Below, piece by piece: positions 49,401 through 62,898 of a stretch of 64,000 bases of DNA. Source of the stretch: Gnetum montanum (taxonomy: Eukaryota > Plantae > Gnetophyta); contig MNCI01002446.1 of the NCBI GenBank assembly GCA_015680685.1, forward strand, positions 24,525 to 88,524, in the 5' to 3' direction. Under the pieces are notes generated by a model, which had not been told where the DNA came from, ran no database searches, and worked only from the letters and a program-made list of their open reading frames with translations. Within the stretch, counting starts at the first letter, position 1. Each line of letters opens with the position of its first letter. The translations under genes were made by a program, and so were the position numbers.

Positions 49401-52400
49401 TTTTCTTTGATCAAATAGCCAGCTGAGAATGACAACATAGGGAAGCATGTACACAGCAAGGCACACAATGTGACATCTGAACGTGAATACTTGAATGATG
49501 ATGAGGAGGGACCTTTGGAGGAGCATGAGGATGACTCACTCAACAAGGTACAAAAGTTGTAGAGTCAGTTCCTGGAAGTTGATAGCGTGATTCTTCGCCA
49601 CTTGCCAATTGTTGAATAGATTAAAATGGTCCATGAACTTGTAGACAAAATGGATGTCCTGTACCTGCATAAGCTGAATTTGGCAGTTAAATAGAAGCTC
49701 TCCGTAGCTCAAAATTTTATCCTACAGAACTGGGTTAAGCATATGAAGGATGTCATTGATGATGTCCAAGTCTCTATGGGAGACATCATGCGAAGGATGA
49801 TGACCCTAGGGGCAAAGGTAGAAAAGCTCGAGATGAGGAACAAGAAGCTCGAGGACCAATTAGCTATCCAAACAATGGCAATTGCACTTGGCTCTAGATG
49901 GTCAACACACAAATTCCGAGCTAAAGAACCCAAGGTCTATAAAAGTGATCTAGATGACAAGCTCTTGAATGCCTTCATCTTTGAGATGGAGTGCTTCCTC
50001 GAGATGAATGAATACGTAGAGTGTATGAGATTTAGCATCACTTTCCAATTCTTGGAAGAGGTTGCTCAAACATTATGGCTCGGCATTGTCTAAGAAATAA
50101 AATTGAGGACATCTAGAAGGATAGTTAAGACTTGGGATGATCTCAAAATTGCACTGGTTGAGAACTTCTACTCAAGCACTTTTGTTGACAAAGCTTGGGA
50201 AAAACTGAAAGGACTCCAACAGAACCTCAAGGAGTATCAAGAAGTGGTTTTACAAAATTATGTTATGGGTGATGAGACCAAATTTAATCCCTTCTTCAAT
50301 GGCCTAAAACCATGGACCCAATGGGAAATCAAAACCCGCAATATCACGGAATATAGACAATCACTTGAGTTGGCAGCTAGTCTAGTGGTTGATTCCAAGC
50401 CCCAAAGCAACATAGAAATGATGTTGATGCACACCAAAATAGCAAAAAGTCTAGTGGCAGATCCAATGGTCCTAGAGGAAGGGATTTTGGTGGCGGCTTT
50501 CAAGGTATGCATCCTATTGTCACACATGGTTCCCAAGCTTCTTATCAAGGTAATGGGAAGCAATGGACTGCCAAAGGTTACGACAAGTTTGGGGACAAGC
50601 ACCCATGCTTTGGAGGACCTATAAATAATACTCCCATGCATCCTAGTGTAAAGTGTTTCATTTGCTCAGGAAATCATGTCGCTCAACATTGTCTACAAAA
50701 TCCTAATCAACGACCAACTAGAAGGGGTCCTAATGGTGATTGGTGGTTAAACGCTCTCAAGTATCAACCACAAGCTCAATTGCAGATGACTAAGGTGAAC
50801 AAGAATGGGCAAGAAGTCAAAACCCTTGAGGTGATTGAACAAATCACTTGACGCTTAGTAGTTGTTCAACAAAATGTCCAAGGCAGACAATTTAAGCAAA
50901 AGCCTAACTTGCATTCAGTATAGATGATTCCCGTGTAGTTTCCATCAAAGAAATTAGATGCCTTGGTTGACACAAGTGCCAACCATAACTTCCTTTCACC
51001 AAAACTCGCTTGGACCCTCAACTTGCAAGTGGAACCAACTTCAGCATCTTGCAAGTTAGCCAAATCTCGTCCAATTAGATGCACTCAAATTAAGGACATG
51101 GAGGTAAAGGTAAGCCAGTGGAGTGAGAAGTTGAATTTCTCAGTCTTGAACATTGATTCTCTCCCACTCATCCTTGGACAAGAATTCTTCAAGAAGGTGA
51201 AAGTGTTGGTTGCCCCATACCTAAATGTCATTTACATTTTGCATAAGAAATCACCCTATGCATGAAGACCTCTACACCGAGAGCAATTAGTACTCTTCAC
51301 AAAGTCCAAATTGTTTCTCCTATGGTAATGAAACAAGTTGCCAAGGACCTGACACAACAAATGTTCCTAGTTGTCTTGAGAGCAACAGAAGAGGAAAATT
51401 CTACTCAAATACGTGTGCAAATTGAGAACATGCTAGGAAGATATAAGGACTTGATACTGGCGAAACTGCTTGGAGAATTGCCGCAATGATGAGTGGTAGA
51501 TTCTAATATCAAGCTGCTACCAAGAACTAAACCACTGCACCCCCCCTAGACAACAACCCTATAGAATGATTGCTCTTGAGCAAGTGGAGCTAAAGAAGTA
51601 GTTGACGATTTGGTGAAGGGTTACATTCAATCCTCCCAATCTCATTATGGAGCCCCAATGCTTGCCAAAAAAAAAAAAACAGATGGCGCATTAAGATTGT
51701 GTTGTGGCATCAAGCTCCTGAATAAGTACACCATCAAAAATAGGTATTTGGTACCGTTGGTTTCGGAACTATTCAACTAGCTAGCGCGGGCTCGAATCTT
51801 CTCTCAACTTGACCTTCATCAAGGTTACTATCAAGTGTGGATCACTAAAGGTGATGAAGACAACACATGATGTATCACTCATTACAACTTGTACGAGTGT
51901 ACGGTTTGCCATTTGGATTGTGCAACACCTCTACTACATTTTGTACCCTCATAGATGAGGTGTTCTGTCTGTACCTTAACAAGTTCGTAGTGGGATATCT
52001 TGATGACATCCTAGTGTACTCTCGTTCTATGGAGGAACACATTCAACATCTAGACCTAGTGTTTTCCAAATTGCAAGAGCACAAGTTGCACATCAAGCAT
52101 GAAAAGTGCAAGTTCTAAAAGGCAAAATTGAAATTTTTGGGGGACATCATTGGTGGATGTAGGATGAAACCTGATCCAAAAAGGTGGAGGTCATTGCCAC
52201 ATGGTTTGTTCCAAAGGAAATGAATGAACCATGCTAATTTCTAGGATTGGCCAATTATTACACAAAATTTGTTCAAGGGTCCTCATGAGTGATGGCAAAC
52301 TTGTCCAATGCCAAGAAACTTTTGACAAGATCATGACAACCCTCACAACTTAGCTGATGTTGGCCCTCCCTAACTTCTTATAACCATTCAAATTTCACAC

Positions 52401-54680
52401 TAATTCTTTAAACGAGGCAATTGGATGGGTATTCTTATAAGACAATTATTCGATGATGTTCAAATCAAAGAAGTTGAACTAGACAAAACAATTGTGGCTA
52501 GGGTATGAAAAGGAGTCGTTCGCCATTGTGCACTACCTTTACACTTGCAGGCCTTATATCCTTGGCCGTCCTGTGGTAGTGAAAACCAATAGCATTGCCA
52601 TGAGCTTCTTTCTCAACTAATCCAAGTTGAAGCCAAAGCAAGCTTGATAGTTGAGCCTCTTACATGAGTTCAACCTTTTGTTTATTTATTGGACAGGTAA
52701 GGAAAACACTATAGCAAATGCTTTGAGCAAACATCCTCAAGTGCACTCGATGGAAATTGTGGATCAGCCCATTCTCTTTTGGGTGGTGGCTGACCAGGAA
52801 CTTTGGCAAAAATTTAAGGTTGGATTGCATCATGATTAATGTGCTCAAGAAATATTGAAGTTGGTCCAAGCAGTGATGAATCTAATTTCAACAAAGTAGA
52901 TGGCTTGCTCATGTTCAAACAAAATTGAAAATATGTTCCAAATTGGGGTGTTTTGCATTCCTAAGTCATTGATGAATACCTAAGGCACTTCATATGGTTT
53001 GATCAAACAAACTAGATGGCTTTGCTACCTATAGCTTAGTTCAACTACAACATTCAAAAATGCTCAGCCACAGGATTCTCTCCAACAACGTTGGCCTTAG
53101 GTAGCTAACCATTAGTTCTGCAATTGATGGATCAACGTTTCAATCCTCCAACAAATGAATTTGTGAAATCCTAGATAGATCATATCCAAGTGGCCAAACT
53201 ATACTTGGAGAAGTTTGTCCAACACATGAAAAAGTAAATGAATAGCAAAAGGAGGTCGTTGGAGTTTCTGATTGAAGAATGGGTATGTTTGAAGATGGAT
53301 TATGTAGGGCAAATGAGACCAAAGAGGGGGCAAGCGAAAAATTCTTGAGGTGCTATGATGGCCTTTTTAAAGTCCTTGCTTGTGCGAACCAAATTGCTTA
53401 CAAGTTGCAAGTGTCAACTTACCTAACAAAATATCACCTTGACTTTTATGTTTCCATGCTCAAAACATTCAATATGGGGGATGCTGATCTAACAACATTG
53501 AGGTCCCGAGGGCCTCCAAACATTGAGATAGTCAAATAATGGTAGGTTCAATCCATCGTCAACATGTGCATCATAGTTTGTGCTCTTGATCAAAAATTTG
53601 AGTTCTTGGTACACTGACAAGATACATCCTCATCGAAGGAGGGATACCTTAGAGGAATGATAAGCTCTTAGGAATAAACAAACATTCATTGCAAACTTCT
53701 AGGTGAAAAATCACATTAATTTGCCTTTGTTGATGTATAGGGATTGTTAGCCATATGCAGCCACTTCTCAACAAGAGTCAATGTTTGGGAGTTACAATGT
53801 TGCCATAAAAAATTGATGAATGTCTAAGAGGCTGGATGGTGCCAAAGCAAATCTAAGATGGACCACTTTTGAGGGGTGGAGAATCAGTATGTCTTCCCCT
53901 TCAATTAAAAAGTTAGGTGATGCCATAGTGAGGCTAGAATCTTAAGATCTCTGCACATGCTAATAGCAAGCTATTACTAAGCGTGGGAAGTGGTTTCCCC
54001 AAGGTACAAAATAGGCCCCCCTTGGTTGCAGAGGATCAACTCTACACTCTTGTATCACTACCAAAGGTAGAGGTCTAACTCGCATGTCAAGTGAGTAGAC
54101 TTCACTCTAGGTAGAAAAATTGGTACAATTTGCATGAAAAAGGGTAAACCTTTTCTTCCTAAACCTTAGTTATGTGATCTTCTCTAAGCCTCTATTGGAT
54201 GTCAGGTAGAGTTCAACATTCATGCTTTACAGTTGAATAACCCTAGTTGTTGGACCTTCTTGTCTACAACTATTCGAAGGGCTTTTATTTGTTTGAAGTC
54301 CCTCGACATCAATTAGGGCTCTCCAAGTTTAGAAAAGAGTATGAATAAAGACTTAAGCTCTTAGGAAGTTGTTTCTTTCAAACATGGGAAAGCGTAGGAA
54401 AACATGCCTTCTTGGTGGATCAAAGGTTGTTTCCCTTTGAAACAAGGGCCAAAGAAGTGTGAAGATCCTCATGGGCTCCATACCATTGCAACCATCACCA
54501 TATAACTACATAGCCATGGTTCCTTTGTGAACCTTGTCATAAAGACATGTAGGCTTGTTGAGGAAGCTTCACCTCCCTAGCTCAGTTGACCACCATTCTC
54601 TTTGAAGTGGGGTTTAGGGCTAAATGCATTAAAGTAGGAATGTGTCTTAGCTCTTTAAGGGATTGATGTGTGTTGAGGAA
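46450..54680 (+). mobile_element. Old chromovirus Ty3/gypsy (Galadriel-like), decayed, carrying a caulimovirid insert
   Basis: Diverged direct repeats ~46478-46755 and ~54395-54675; PBS TGGTATTAGAG at 47012-47022; gag FRAKEPKVY and knuckle CFICSGNHVAQHC; protease LVDTSANHNF; RT LPFGLCN and GYLDDILVYS; RNase H; partial integrase; chromodomain-like VQSIV...FEFLVH*Q; PPT at 53871-53883. Confidence 0.88.
47200..49415 (-). mobile_element. Endogenous caulimovirid (plant pararetrovirus) fragment: aspartic protease, RT, RNase H
   Basis: IDALIDSGA protease (~49000); VRGKKRLVVNYKPLND, YSKFDLKYGFWQI, VYTDDILI; RNase H IETDASNEFW, ICRYAFGKF..NYHSTHKELLAI, NSLADFLTREY then a stop with no integrase. Caulimoviridae motif style, with several stops and frameshifts. 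Confidence 0.9.
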
Positions 54681-55049
54681 GTCTCGATAATACATCAACG
54701 CAGCCTTGTTGACGCATCCTTGGATGCATTGGTGCATATACATTGACATTGATCCTCTTGAAGCATTTATGGCACCTTTGGTCATTCTCATAGCAAAGCT
54801 CTTGTAGTTTTCTTGCTTAGGACTTAGTGAAATTTCTCTTTGAGTGCCCACAACATGGATTGACTTAAATGTACGGAGTTCTATTCAAGTGCAAAATGTA
54901 CTTGAACACTATTGCATGATGGAAATAAAATCAAGATTTCTTCTCTGCATCGCAACACTTGGATTACCTTAAGTTTACTTTCAAGCATTTTACCTTACAT
55001 GTAGTGTACTTGTCTATACTTAAGTGTTTAATATCTTATTCTGTAGTAA

Positions 55050-55445
55050 CGTGAGTACAACCACTTCAAGCATAATATACTAATGCTTGGTAAACCCAAC
55101 AATGAATGCTTGGTATGCCCAACAGTAAGCACTTGGTAACCTAGCGGTGTTACTGTATGTTTAAGATGTGTATAGAAAGTGGGAACAGATACTCTACATT
55201 GAGAATAGTTTAGTTATTAATTAGTCAAAGTTTAATACTTCAATTACTTCTTTCCTTAAGACTTTCAAGATAAATAATAATAAAATTATAAATATAAATA
55301 TCCTACACCTCAATCACACTTAGCCATATAAACGAAGTTAATACAAGTGATGATTGGGAAGACAACGACCAAGGACCACTTAAGTAAACGGCATCCATGG
55401 AATTCAACCGAATTGCATGTACACGCTCAAACATGTTGAATGTTA
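55050..55445 (+). repeat. LTR fragment related to the 812-1723 family, opposite orientation
   Basis: TGGGAAGACAACGA, CTTAGCCATA and ACCTCA blocks are reverse complements of that LTR; three ~23-bp repeats at 55081-55145. Confidence 0.6.
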
Positions 55446-55963
55446 AGCAGAAAAATGTTATAATCAGATCTGAAAACACACTACAAATGCTCTAGAGAAA
55501 TTATTAGAACCCTACATATCTAAATAAATCATTAGAGGCAAAATATTGCATTGTAGTAGGTCAAGAAACACTATAAATCATTCTCAAAAAGTTCTAAACT
55601 CTAGCAAACATTTGCTGTGATAACAAAATGAGAGCAGAATGAAAACAGTAAAAATAGCACAAGAACACAGAGAGTTAAGTGGTTCGGGCCCTTTTTACCC
55701 TATTTCCACAACAATGCTGATCTGCCTTCTATTCTTCTCAAATCTTCAGGACACAAGCTGTCCTTGTAACTTTTCCAAACACCCAATCTGTTATTCCAAC
55801 AAATCTTAGATCAACACCAACAAGACTCACGTCTCCAAGGTAAAACCTTGATACAATGCTTTCACTTCAAAGCACACATAATAAAAGGTTACCCCAAGCC
55901 TTCTATTTATGAAGAAACATGAGACCAGACCCCAATCCTAATACATGTGGGATAAAACACCAA

Positions 55964-56160
55964 CATTAATAATCGTAACCATCATCATTAATGATTATAA
56001 CTACCACCATTAATGATTGTAACCATCATCATTAATAATTGTAACCGCCATCATTAATGATTGTAACCGCCACCATTAATGATTGTAACCATCATCATTA
56101 ATAATTGTAACCACCACCATTAATGATTGTAACCGCCACCATTAATTATTGTAACCGCCA
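55964..56160. repeat. 22-bp minisatellite inside the copia LTR, 9 units
   Basis: Unit CATTAATGATTGTAACC(ATCAT/GCCAC). Confidence 0.95.
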
Positions 56161-56346
56161 ATCCTAATACATGTGGGATAAAACACATCCCCCACATTAA
56201 ATGCAACATAAAAGAAAATACAACAATTAATGTATTTGTCTTCATTTTTCCAACAAACTCCCCCTTGAAGACAAATCCAACCAACCTTCAAGAGATGTGC
56301 ACTTCTGATTAAGCTTTAGTTATCCCAAGCTTCTTCCTATAGAAAA

Positions 56347-56382
56347 TGTGTGTGTGTGTGTGTGTGTGTGTTTTTTTTTTTT
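56347..56382. repeat. (TG)12 T12 compound microsatellite
   Basis: Directly visible; sits at the RT/RNase H deletion junction. Confidence 0.95.
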
Positions 56383-59300
56383 GTCCCTGTAAATATTCAT
56401 ACCAAGAATTTTCTTTGCCTATCCTAAATCCTTCATAGCAAATTCTTTGCCCATTTCCAATTTTAAACATTTTATTTCTGCTATATCATTTCCAGCAATT
56501 AGCATATCATCAACATACAACAACAACACTGTAAATTTACCTGAAACATCTCTAGAAAAATACACACAGTGGTCTAGGTTGTTTTTCTGATAAGATAGCT
56601 TCTTCATGAAAGTATCAAACCTTTTATACCACTGCCTAGGGGCTTGTTTCAAACCATATAAACTCTTTTTCAGTTTACAAACCAGACCTGAACCTTGCTG
56701 TTCTTCATACCCTTCTGGTTGTTTCATGTAAATTTCCTCCTCCAAATCTCCATGGAGGAATGTTGTTTTTATATCAAGTTGTTCCAACTCTACATCCATG
56801 CAAGCCACCAATGATAGCACTAAACGTATAGAAGAGTGTTTTACTACTAGAGAAAAAATTTCTTGAAAGTCAATACCTGGTTTCTGTGCATAGCCTTTCA
56901 CCACCAACCTAGCCTTGAAACGTTTTTTCCCATTTGCCTCTAATTTAATTTTGTATAACCACCTGCACTCCAAGGGTTTTCTCCCTTTTGGCAACTAAAC
57001 TAACTCCTAGGTTTTGTTCTGTTGGAGTGATTCCCATTCATCATTCATAGTTGCCTTCCACTTTGTGGCATCAACACATGTAATGGCTTCCTTCACTATT
57101 TCTGGTTCACCACTATCGCTGTAAAGTACATAATTCAATGAGGGAGAGTACCTGTCAGGAGGTCTGGTAGTTCTAGTTGACCTTCTAACCCAATGAGACA
57201 CATTTGTAGCTTGTTGTTCATCATCTTCTACCTCATTTTCTTGTTGTCCTGCATTTTCTCCTTGCTGTCCTAAGTTCTCAGCTTGCTACCATGTACTTTC
57301 AGCATGTTGTCCAAAGTTTCCAGATCTGGAAAATCCATGAATTTGATCATTTTCAATTTCTTTAGTCATGCTAAAAGGAGTCCTTATGCTTTCTAAGCCA
57401 TTTCTGTCCTTGTCTTTCTTTTGCAGCTCACTAAACATCACATTTTCTCTGAATTTAACGTCCCTTGATCTCACTACACGTTTCAATTCAAGATTCCAAA
57501 GTCTAAATCCTAACTCATCTTCTCCATATCTAACAAATATGCAACTTTTAGCCCTATCCTCCAACTTAGTTCTGTTTTCCTTTGGATTATGCATAAATGC
57601 CTCACATCCAAAAACTCTTAAATGACTATATGAAACGTTTTTACCTTTCCAAACAACTTCTGGAACAACATTATCAATTGAAGAATGTGGAGACCTATTC
57701 ACCAAATATGCAGCAGTCATAACTACCTCTCCCCAAAATGTCTTAGGTAGGCCTGCACCTGAAACCATTGTTCTGGCACGATCCAGCAATGTTCTGTTGC
57801 ATCTTTCAGCAACTCCATTTTCCTATGGTGTACTATGAGGGGTACGAATGTGCCTAATTCCTTTGATGTTGCAAAAATCAGCAAATACTTTAGAAGTGTA
57901 CTCCCCACCATTATCAGTTTGCAGGGGGGGTATTTTCAGACCTGTTTCATTTTCTACTCTTGCAACAAATGTTTTGAAAACTGAAAACACTTCATCTTTT
58001 GATTTCAACATATAAATCCAAACCTTCCTTGTACAATCATCTATGAAAGTCACAAAATAAATAGGTCCACCAAGAGAAATGGAAGTCATAGGACCACACA
58101 CATCAGAATAAACCAATTCTAACTTATTTTTCTTTCTGCTGTCCAAATCCCTAAGAAAGTTTACTCTCCTAGATTTTCCAACTAAATAGTCTTTGCAATC
58201 AATTTGAGCATAAGAAAATACAGAAATGAGAGTCTGATTTTGAAGTACCTTTAAGTTTGACCAGCCAATGTGTCCAAGACGTCTATGCCACACTTCAGAA
58301 TTTTCTGTATCAGAAACTGTTGCAATAGAGTTGCATGAATTTGCCATCAATGTATATAAGTTGCCCTCCTTCTTTCATTTCAGAATGGTCATGATTCCCT
58401 TGGAAATCCTCCAATGTCCACCTCCACTACTAAAATTCAAACATGAATCATCCAGCTGTGGAACTAAAATCAACTTCTTTGTAACTTCAGGAACATGTCT
58501 AACGTTATCTATTGTCACCTTTGGCATCCCTGCTTGTTGCAGACTTATACCTCCAATTCCAAGAACTTTTAAAGCTTTTCCATTAGCAGCATATACAAAA
58601 CTAGATTCAACTTTATGATAAGATGCAAAACAAGACTTATCTGGACAAATATGAAAGGAGGCACCTGAGTCAATCAACCAGATGTCACTGCTACATCCAT
58701 CTGCCACCATTGTACATTGTTCTTGAATCAAAAAACTAACGTTTTCATCAGCTACATGTACCTCTGATGTTCCTTCTTCTAACTTCTTCTCCTTTCCTTT
58801 ATTTTCTGTGCTTTCCATGCAAAGCAATCCTTCTTCAAATGACCTTCTTCTTGCAGTACCAGCACTTTTGAGTTTGAGTTCTGCCATGTGATACTCCTCT
58901 ATCCATGCTTCTCCCCCTACTTGGGAAACGTCTCCTACTTCTACCTCTTTCCTCTGCTACATGAACATTTCCAAATCTAGAAGACTCATCTACTCTTCCT
59001 TCTGAATCTTGAAGGGTAGACACAACCAATCTTTCCGTTGTTTGCAACCTCTCCATCTTTTTAAATCTAGCTCTGATACCAGTTGTTATAATCAGATCTG
59101 AAAACAATTAGATCTGAAAACACACTACAAATGCTCTAGAGAAATTATTAGAACCCTACAGATCTGAATAAATCATTAGAGGCAAAATATTGCATTGTAG
59201 CAGGTCAAGAAACACTATAAATCACTCTCAAAATGTTCTAAACTCTAGCAAACATTTGCTGTGATAACAAAATGAAAGCAGAATGAAAATAGTAAAAATA

Positions 59301-59608
59301 GCACAAGAACACAGAGAGTTAAGTGGTTCAGGCCCTTTTTACCCTACTTCCACAACAATGTTGATCTGCCTTCTATTCTTCTCAAATCTTCAGGACACAA
59401 GCTGTCCTTGTAACTTTTCCAAACACCCAATCTGTTATTCCAACAAATCTTAGATCAACACCAACAAGACTCACGTCTCCAAGGTAAAACCTTGATACAA
59501 TGCTTTCACTTCAAAGCACACATAATAAAAGGTTACCCCAAGCCTTCTATTTATGAAAAAACATGAGGACCAGACCCCAATCCTAATACATGTGGGATAA
59601 AACACCAA

Positions 59609-59856
59609 CATTAATGATCGTAACCATCATCATTAATGATTATAACTACCACCATTAATGATTGTAACCGCCACCATTAATTATTGTAACCATCACCATG
59701 AATGATTGTAACCATCATCGTTAATAATTGTAACCGCCATCATTAATGATTGTAACCGCCACCATTAATTATTGTAACCATCACCATTAATGATTGTAAC
59801 CATCATCATTAATAATTGTAACCGCCACCATCAATGATTGTAACCATCATCATTAA
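59609..59856. repeat. 22-bp minisatellite inside the copia LTR, 11 units plus a partial unit
   Basis: Same unit as 55964-56160. Confidence 0.95.
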
Positions 59857-62800
59857 ACATGTGGGATAAAACACATCCCCACATCAAATGCAACATAAAA
59901 GAAAATACAACAATTAATGTATTTGTCTTCATTTTTCCAACAAAAAATGCTACAATGCAATCTACATCATTTGGAGGAGAAGCTCTAAAAACACTACAAG
60001 GAACTTAAGGAAAAATCAATGATGATAGAAACAAGAATAAACCAAACTCACAAAGTAGAGAAAAAGGTTGTTGGTACTATCACAGCCTTGGGCATTTAAG
60101 CAGGAACTAGCTTATCTCAAAGGAGAAAAGAAGCAAATAAAAGAAGGCTACTTTACAAGAAAAATCATATGATCAAAACAATGGCAAAGTTGAGGTTGCT
60201 ATTTTCTTGGGATCTTAACAATCAATGAAGATGAGATGATCAAATTTCTAAAAAATAAAATAATCACTTCAAGGTACCAATCTAATCCTATCTTTAGAAA
60301 TAAAAATTATAAGAATGTAATGCTCAAAGACTTAGACAATCAAGTTCCATTTTATATATCACATTCTCCTTCCAATTTTTTACTGCTAGCTATTATACAT
60401 TATCTAGAATGTTTTTTGTTCCTTTAAAAGCCCTTTGATTTCTTTCCTTTAAGATTTGAAAGATCACATATACTTGCAAAGCACTCCAATCCACCAATCC
60501 AAGTCCAAGTTGCTACAAGATCTTGTAAATATTTTTGCAAAATAAAATTCTATTTTATACCTTGTTCAAACTTTCTTCCTGATGTGGAGCCTACCTCAAT
60601 AGACTCCAAAAGGACCCATTCCACAAGCTTCCTAAGCAAATTCAACTTAGAAAATAAGAACAACACAATGAAATGGTGAAAATCTCCCCTTTTTAAAAAA
60701 AAATTCTCAAAATGTAGATAAATACCTCAAATATGAGGAGCCAAGCTCAACTCACAACTCTCCCAAGGATCTTAGAGGCCACACATTTCCCCTCTCAATC
60801 CTCAATTGCTCACAATGGAGCTAAAGCTCAAGACAAGACACTTATAAGAGATTCTCTCAACCTCTCTCAAGTGCTCTCCCTTGCCTCTCACTCAATTCTT
60901 CTTGCACAAGCTCTGAAATTCCTCTTGCACAAGATCACAAAAGACCAACCTTCTCTCTTGGACTAGCCTTCTCCTTGAGACTAACCTTCTCCTTTTTTAT
61001 TAGCCTTAGGCCTTTGATGCCTTTTTATAGCTTCTTGATGTGACCTTTCAGCTTCCCTCTAATTTACCATTTAATTTAATGTTCTCTAAAATCTATACAA
61101 GAAACAAGAAGCGTCTTTCCCGAGTGTAGAGATGTCAGAAAAGATATCTTGGAATTGGGAAAGATGTTTTGGAGGAGATGTCTTGCTTGCTGAGGAGATG
61201 TCTTGCATGCCAAGGAGATGCCTCTTCTACCAAGGCCAAAAATAAAGATGCTTGTTTTGAGGTCTCAAACCTCCGAATGCCTCCAAACAGGTTCCCATAG
61301 CTCGCTGAACCCCTTAAACTCATCAACATGAGCCCAAAACACCCCTAAAGATGCCAAAACACCTTGGAATCATCATCAAAAAGGTCAACACAAGAAGACA
61401 CACACATCCAAGATACATTGAAGATTACAAAAGGGCTGGGTGATGTCCTCATCAATTCCAATTATGGGTAATCACAAGGCAGTGCAAAAAGATATGATTA
61501 CTATCTTCACAAGCATTCTTATAGAAACATCTATTAAACATCATCCATCATTGCTTCAACAAATTATCTATCATTCAAGTTTTCCTTCTTCATACTAATT
61601 CATAAAAAATATAAACTTAATGGATTAGACTAACTTTCTTCTAGTAAATAGCTTCCTTATCCACTTAACCTATGCATAAAGTCTCATAAGCCTTTACTAT
61701 TTTGTAAGAATGTTTATTTTTTCCATAACCAATCCTTGCAATCTCGATATTTCATGTAATGATTTCTCATCTATAAACATATTTTTTCAAGTCTTACCCA
61801 TATTTTAAAAACCCAAATAATATGTAATTCTTCTAGAAAATCTTATATTGGATTCAAAGATTTAGTTTTCATTACTTTAATCCACATGACATTTTCGTTC
61901 ATACTTTTTTTGTCTTCTTCAAATCTTGCTAAGCAAATTTCAAGTCTCTTTACTACTTTTAGGGTACAAAGACAAGACATTAAATATAGTGGAATAGATT
62001 GAAAACAAGGAGGAAGGGGAATCCTGACACCATTAACAACATTATCACAAAAGGGGCCCTCAAGCGGCCCATACCTCTACCAAAACTAAGACCCCTAAAC
62101 CAGACTAGACACCCATTGTAGATTTAAGGCTCATTAAATCTTTCAAAAATAACAGAAATAAAAGAAAAAAATGTCTTAAAGAAAATTTTCTTGTCACGAA
62201 AATAAATCATGAACTTCACCATCTAAAACCAGTGGTCTAAAATATCGAACACAAAGTCAAACAAGAAATTTAAGAGTCATATATCTCCAATAACAAAGTC
62301 CTTATGAAAGTCAAAAAGCTTCCATGTGTGTATAGAAGCATCTAAATAGGCTGACAATAAAATCAAAAGCTGAAGCAATATGGCATCTTCCTTTTTAAGA
62401 TATTCCCTTAAGGCATGTTTGGCTATGTGAATCTTCCGATGCTAAATCTTAGGATTCTACTTTGCAAATTAAAAAAGTTGTTTGGCTTTGGGGGGTTTGG
62501 TGAGGAAGAATCATGGGATTCTGAGTGTACTAACCACATATACCAATTTCTGTCCATTTTTTGAGTTCTTTCCCAATTTCACTTCCCAAGGTGTAATATG
62601 CTAGAATTCATGAATCTTTGGATTCAGCATCAGCAAATTCACTTAACCAGACACGCCCTTACCACATCAAATACACCGCAAAACTTGGCGGGAAAAAGGA
62701 AATTTTATCACCTCAAATATACCGCAACACTTGGGGGAAAAAAAGGAGATTTTCATCATCTGATATCTTGTTTTTTGGTAAAACAAAACCTGTTATTCAG

Positions 62801-62898
62801 ACTTAGTGAGATTCCATTTGCAGGTATTAGCGAGGGTTAATTTGACAATGTAATGCAACACTACAAATTATTAAAAGGTTTGTTTCTAGGGCGCAAAC

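Larger units (their letters stand above)
55456..59942 (-). mobile_element. Young, internally deleted Ty1/copia (Tnt1/Tork-like), 4487 bp
   Basis: Two LTRs (55456-56255 and 59084-59942, TG...CA, about 11 substitutions in ~500 compared bp); AAAAA TSD; PBS TGGTATCAGAGC at 59070-59081; PPT CAAGGGGGAG; protease WLIDSGAS; GAG-pre-integrase WHRRLGH; integrase LVYSDVCGP and TDNGGEY; RT FKARLVVKG, LYGLKQAPRQW, LYVDDML. Most of gag and RNase H are missing. Confidence 0.97.
32106..62898 (-). other. Single 30,793-bp phase-2 GT-AG intron of the SOUL gene
   Basis: Donor CACAG|GTTTGC and acceptor ACCAG|GTTATTT; joining them restores the conserved GFHRLFQYI and a 219-codon frame. Confidence 0.85.

Noticed and set aside
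55964-56160. 22-bp repeat array as a CRISPR array
   Set aside because: Units are contiguous with no unique spacers, the array is present in both LTRs, and the context is eukaryotic.
59943-61454. Further LTR-like sequence right of the copia, ending in CTCATCA
   Set aside because: Composition suggests an LTR, but boundaries and family could not be established.
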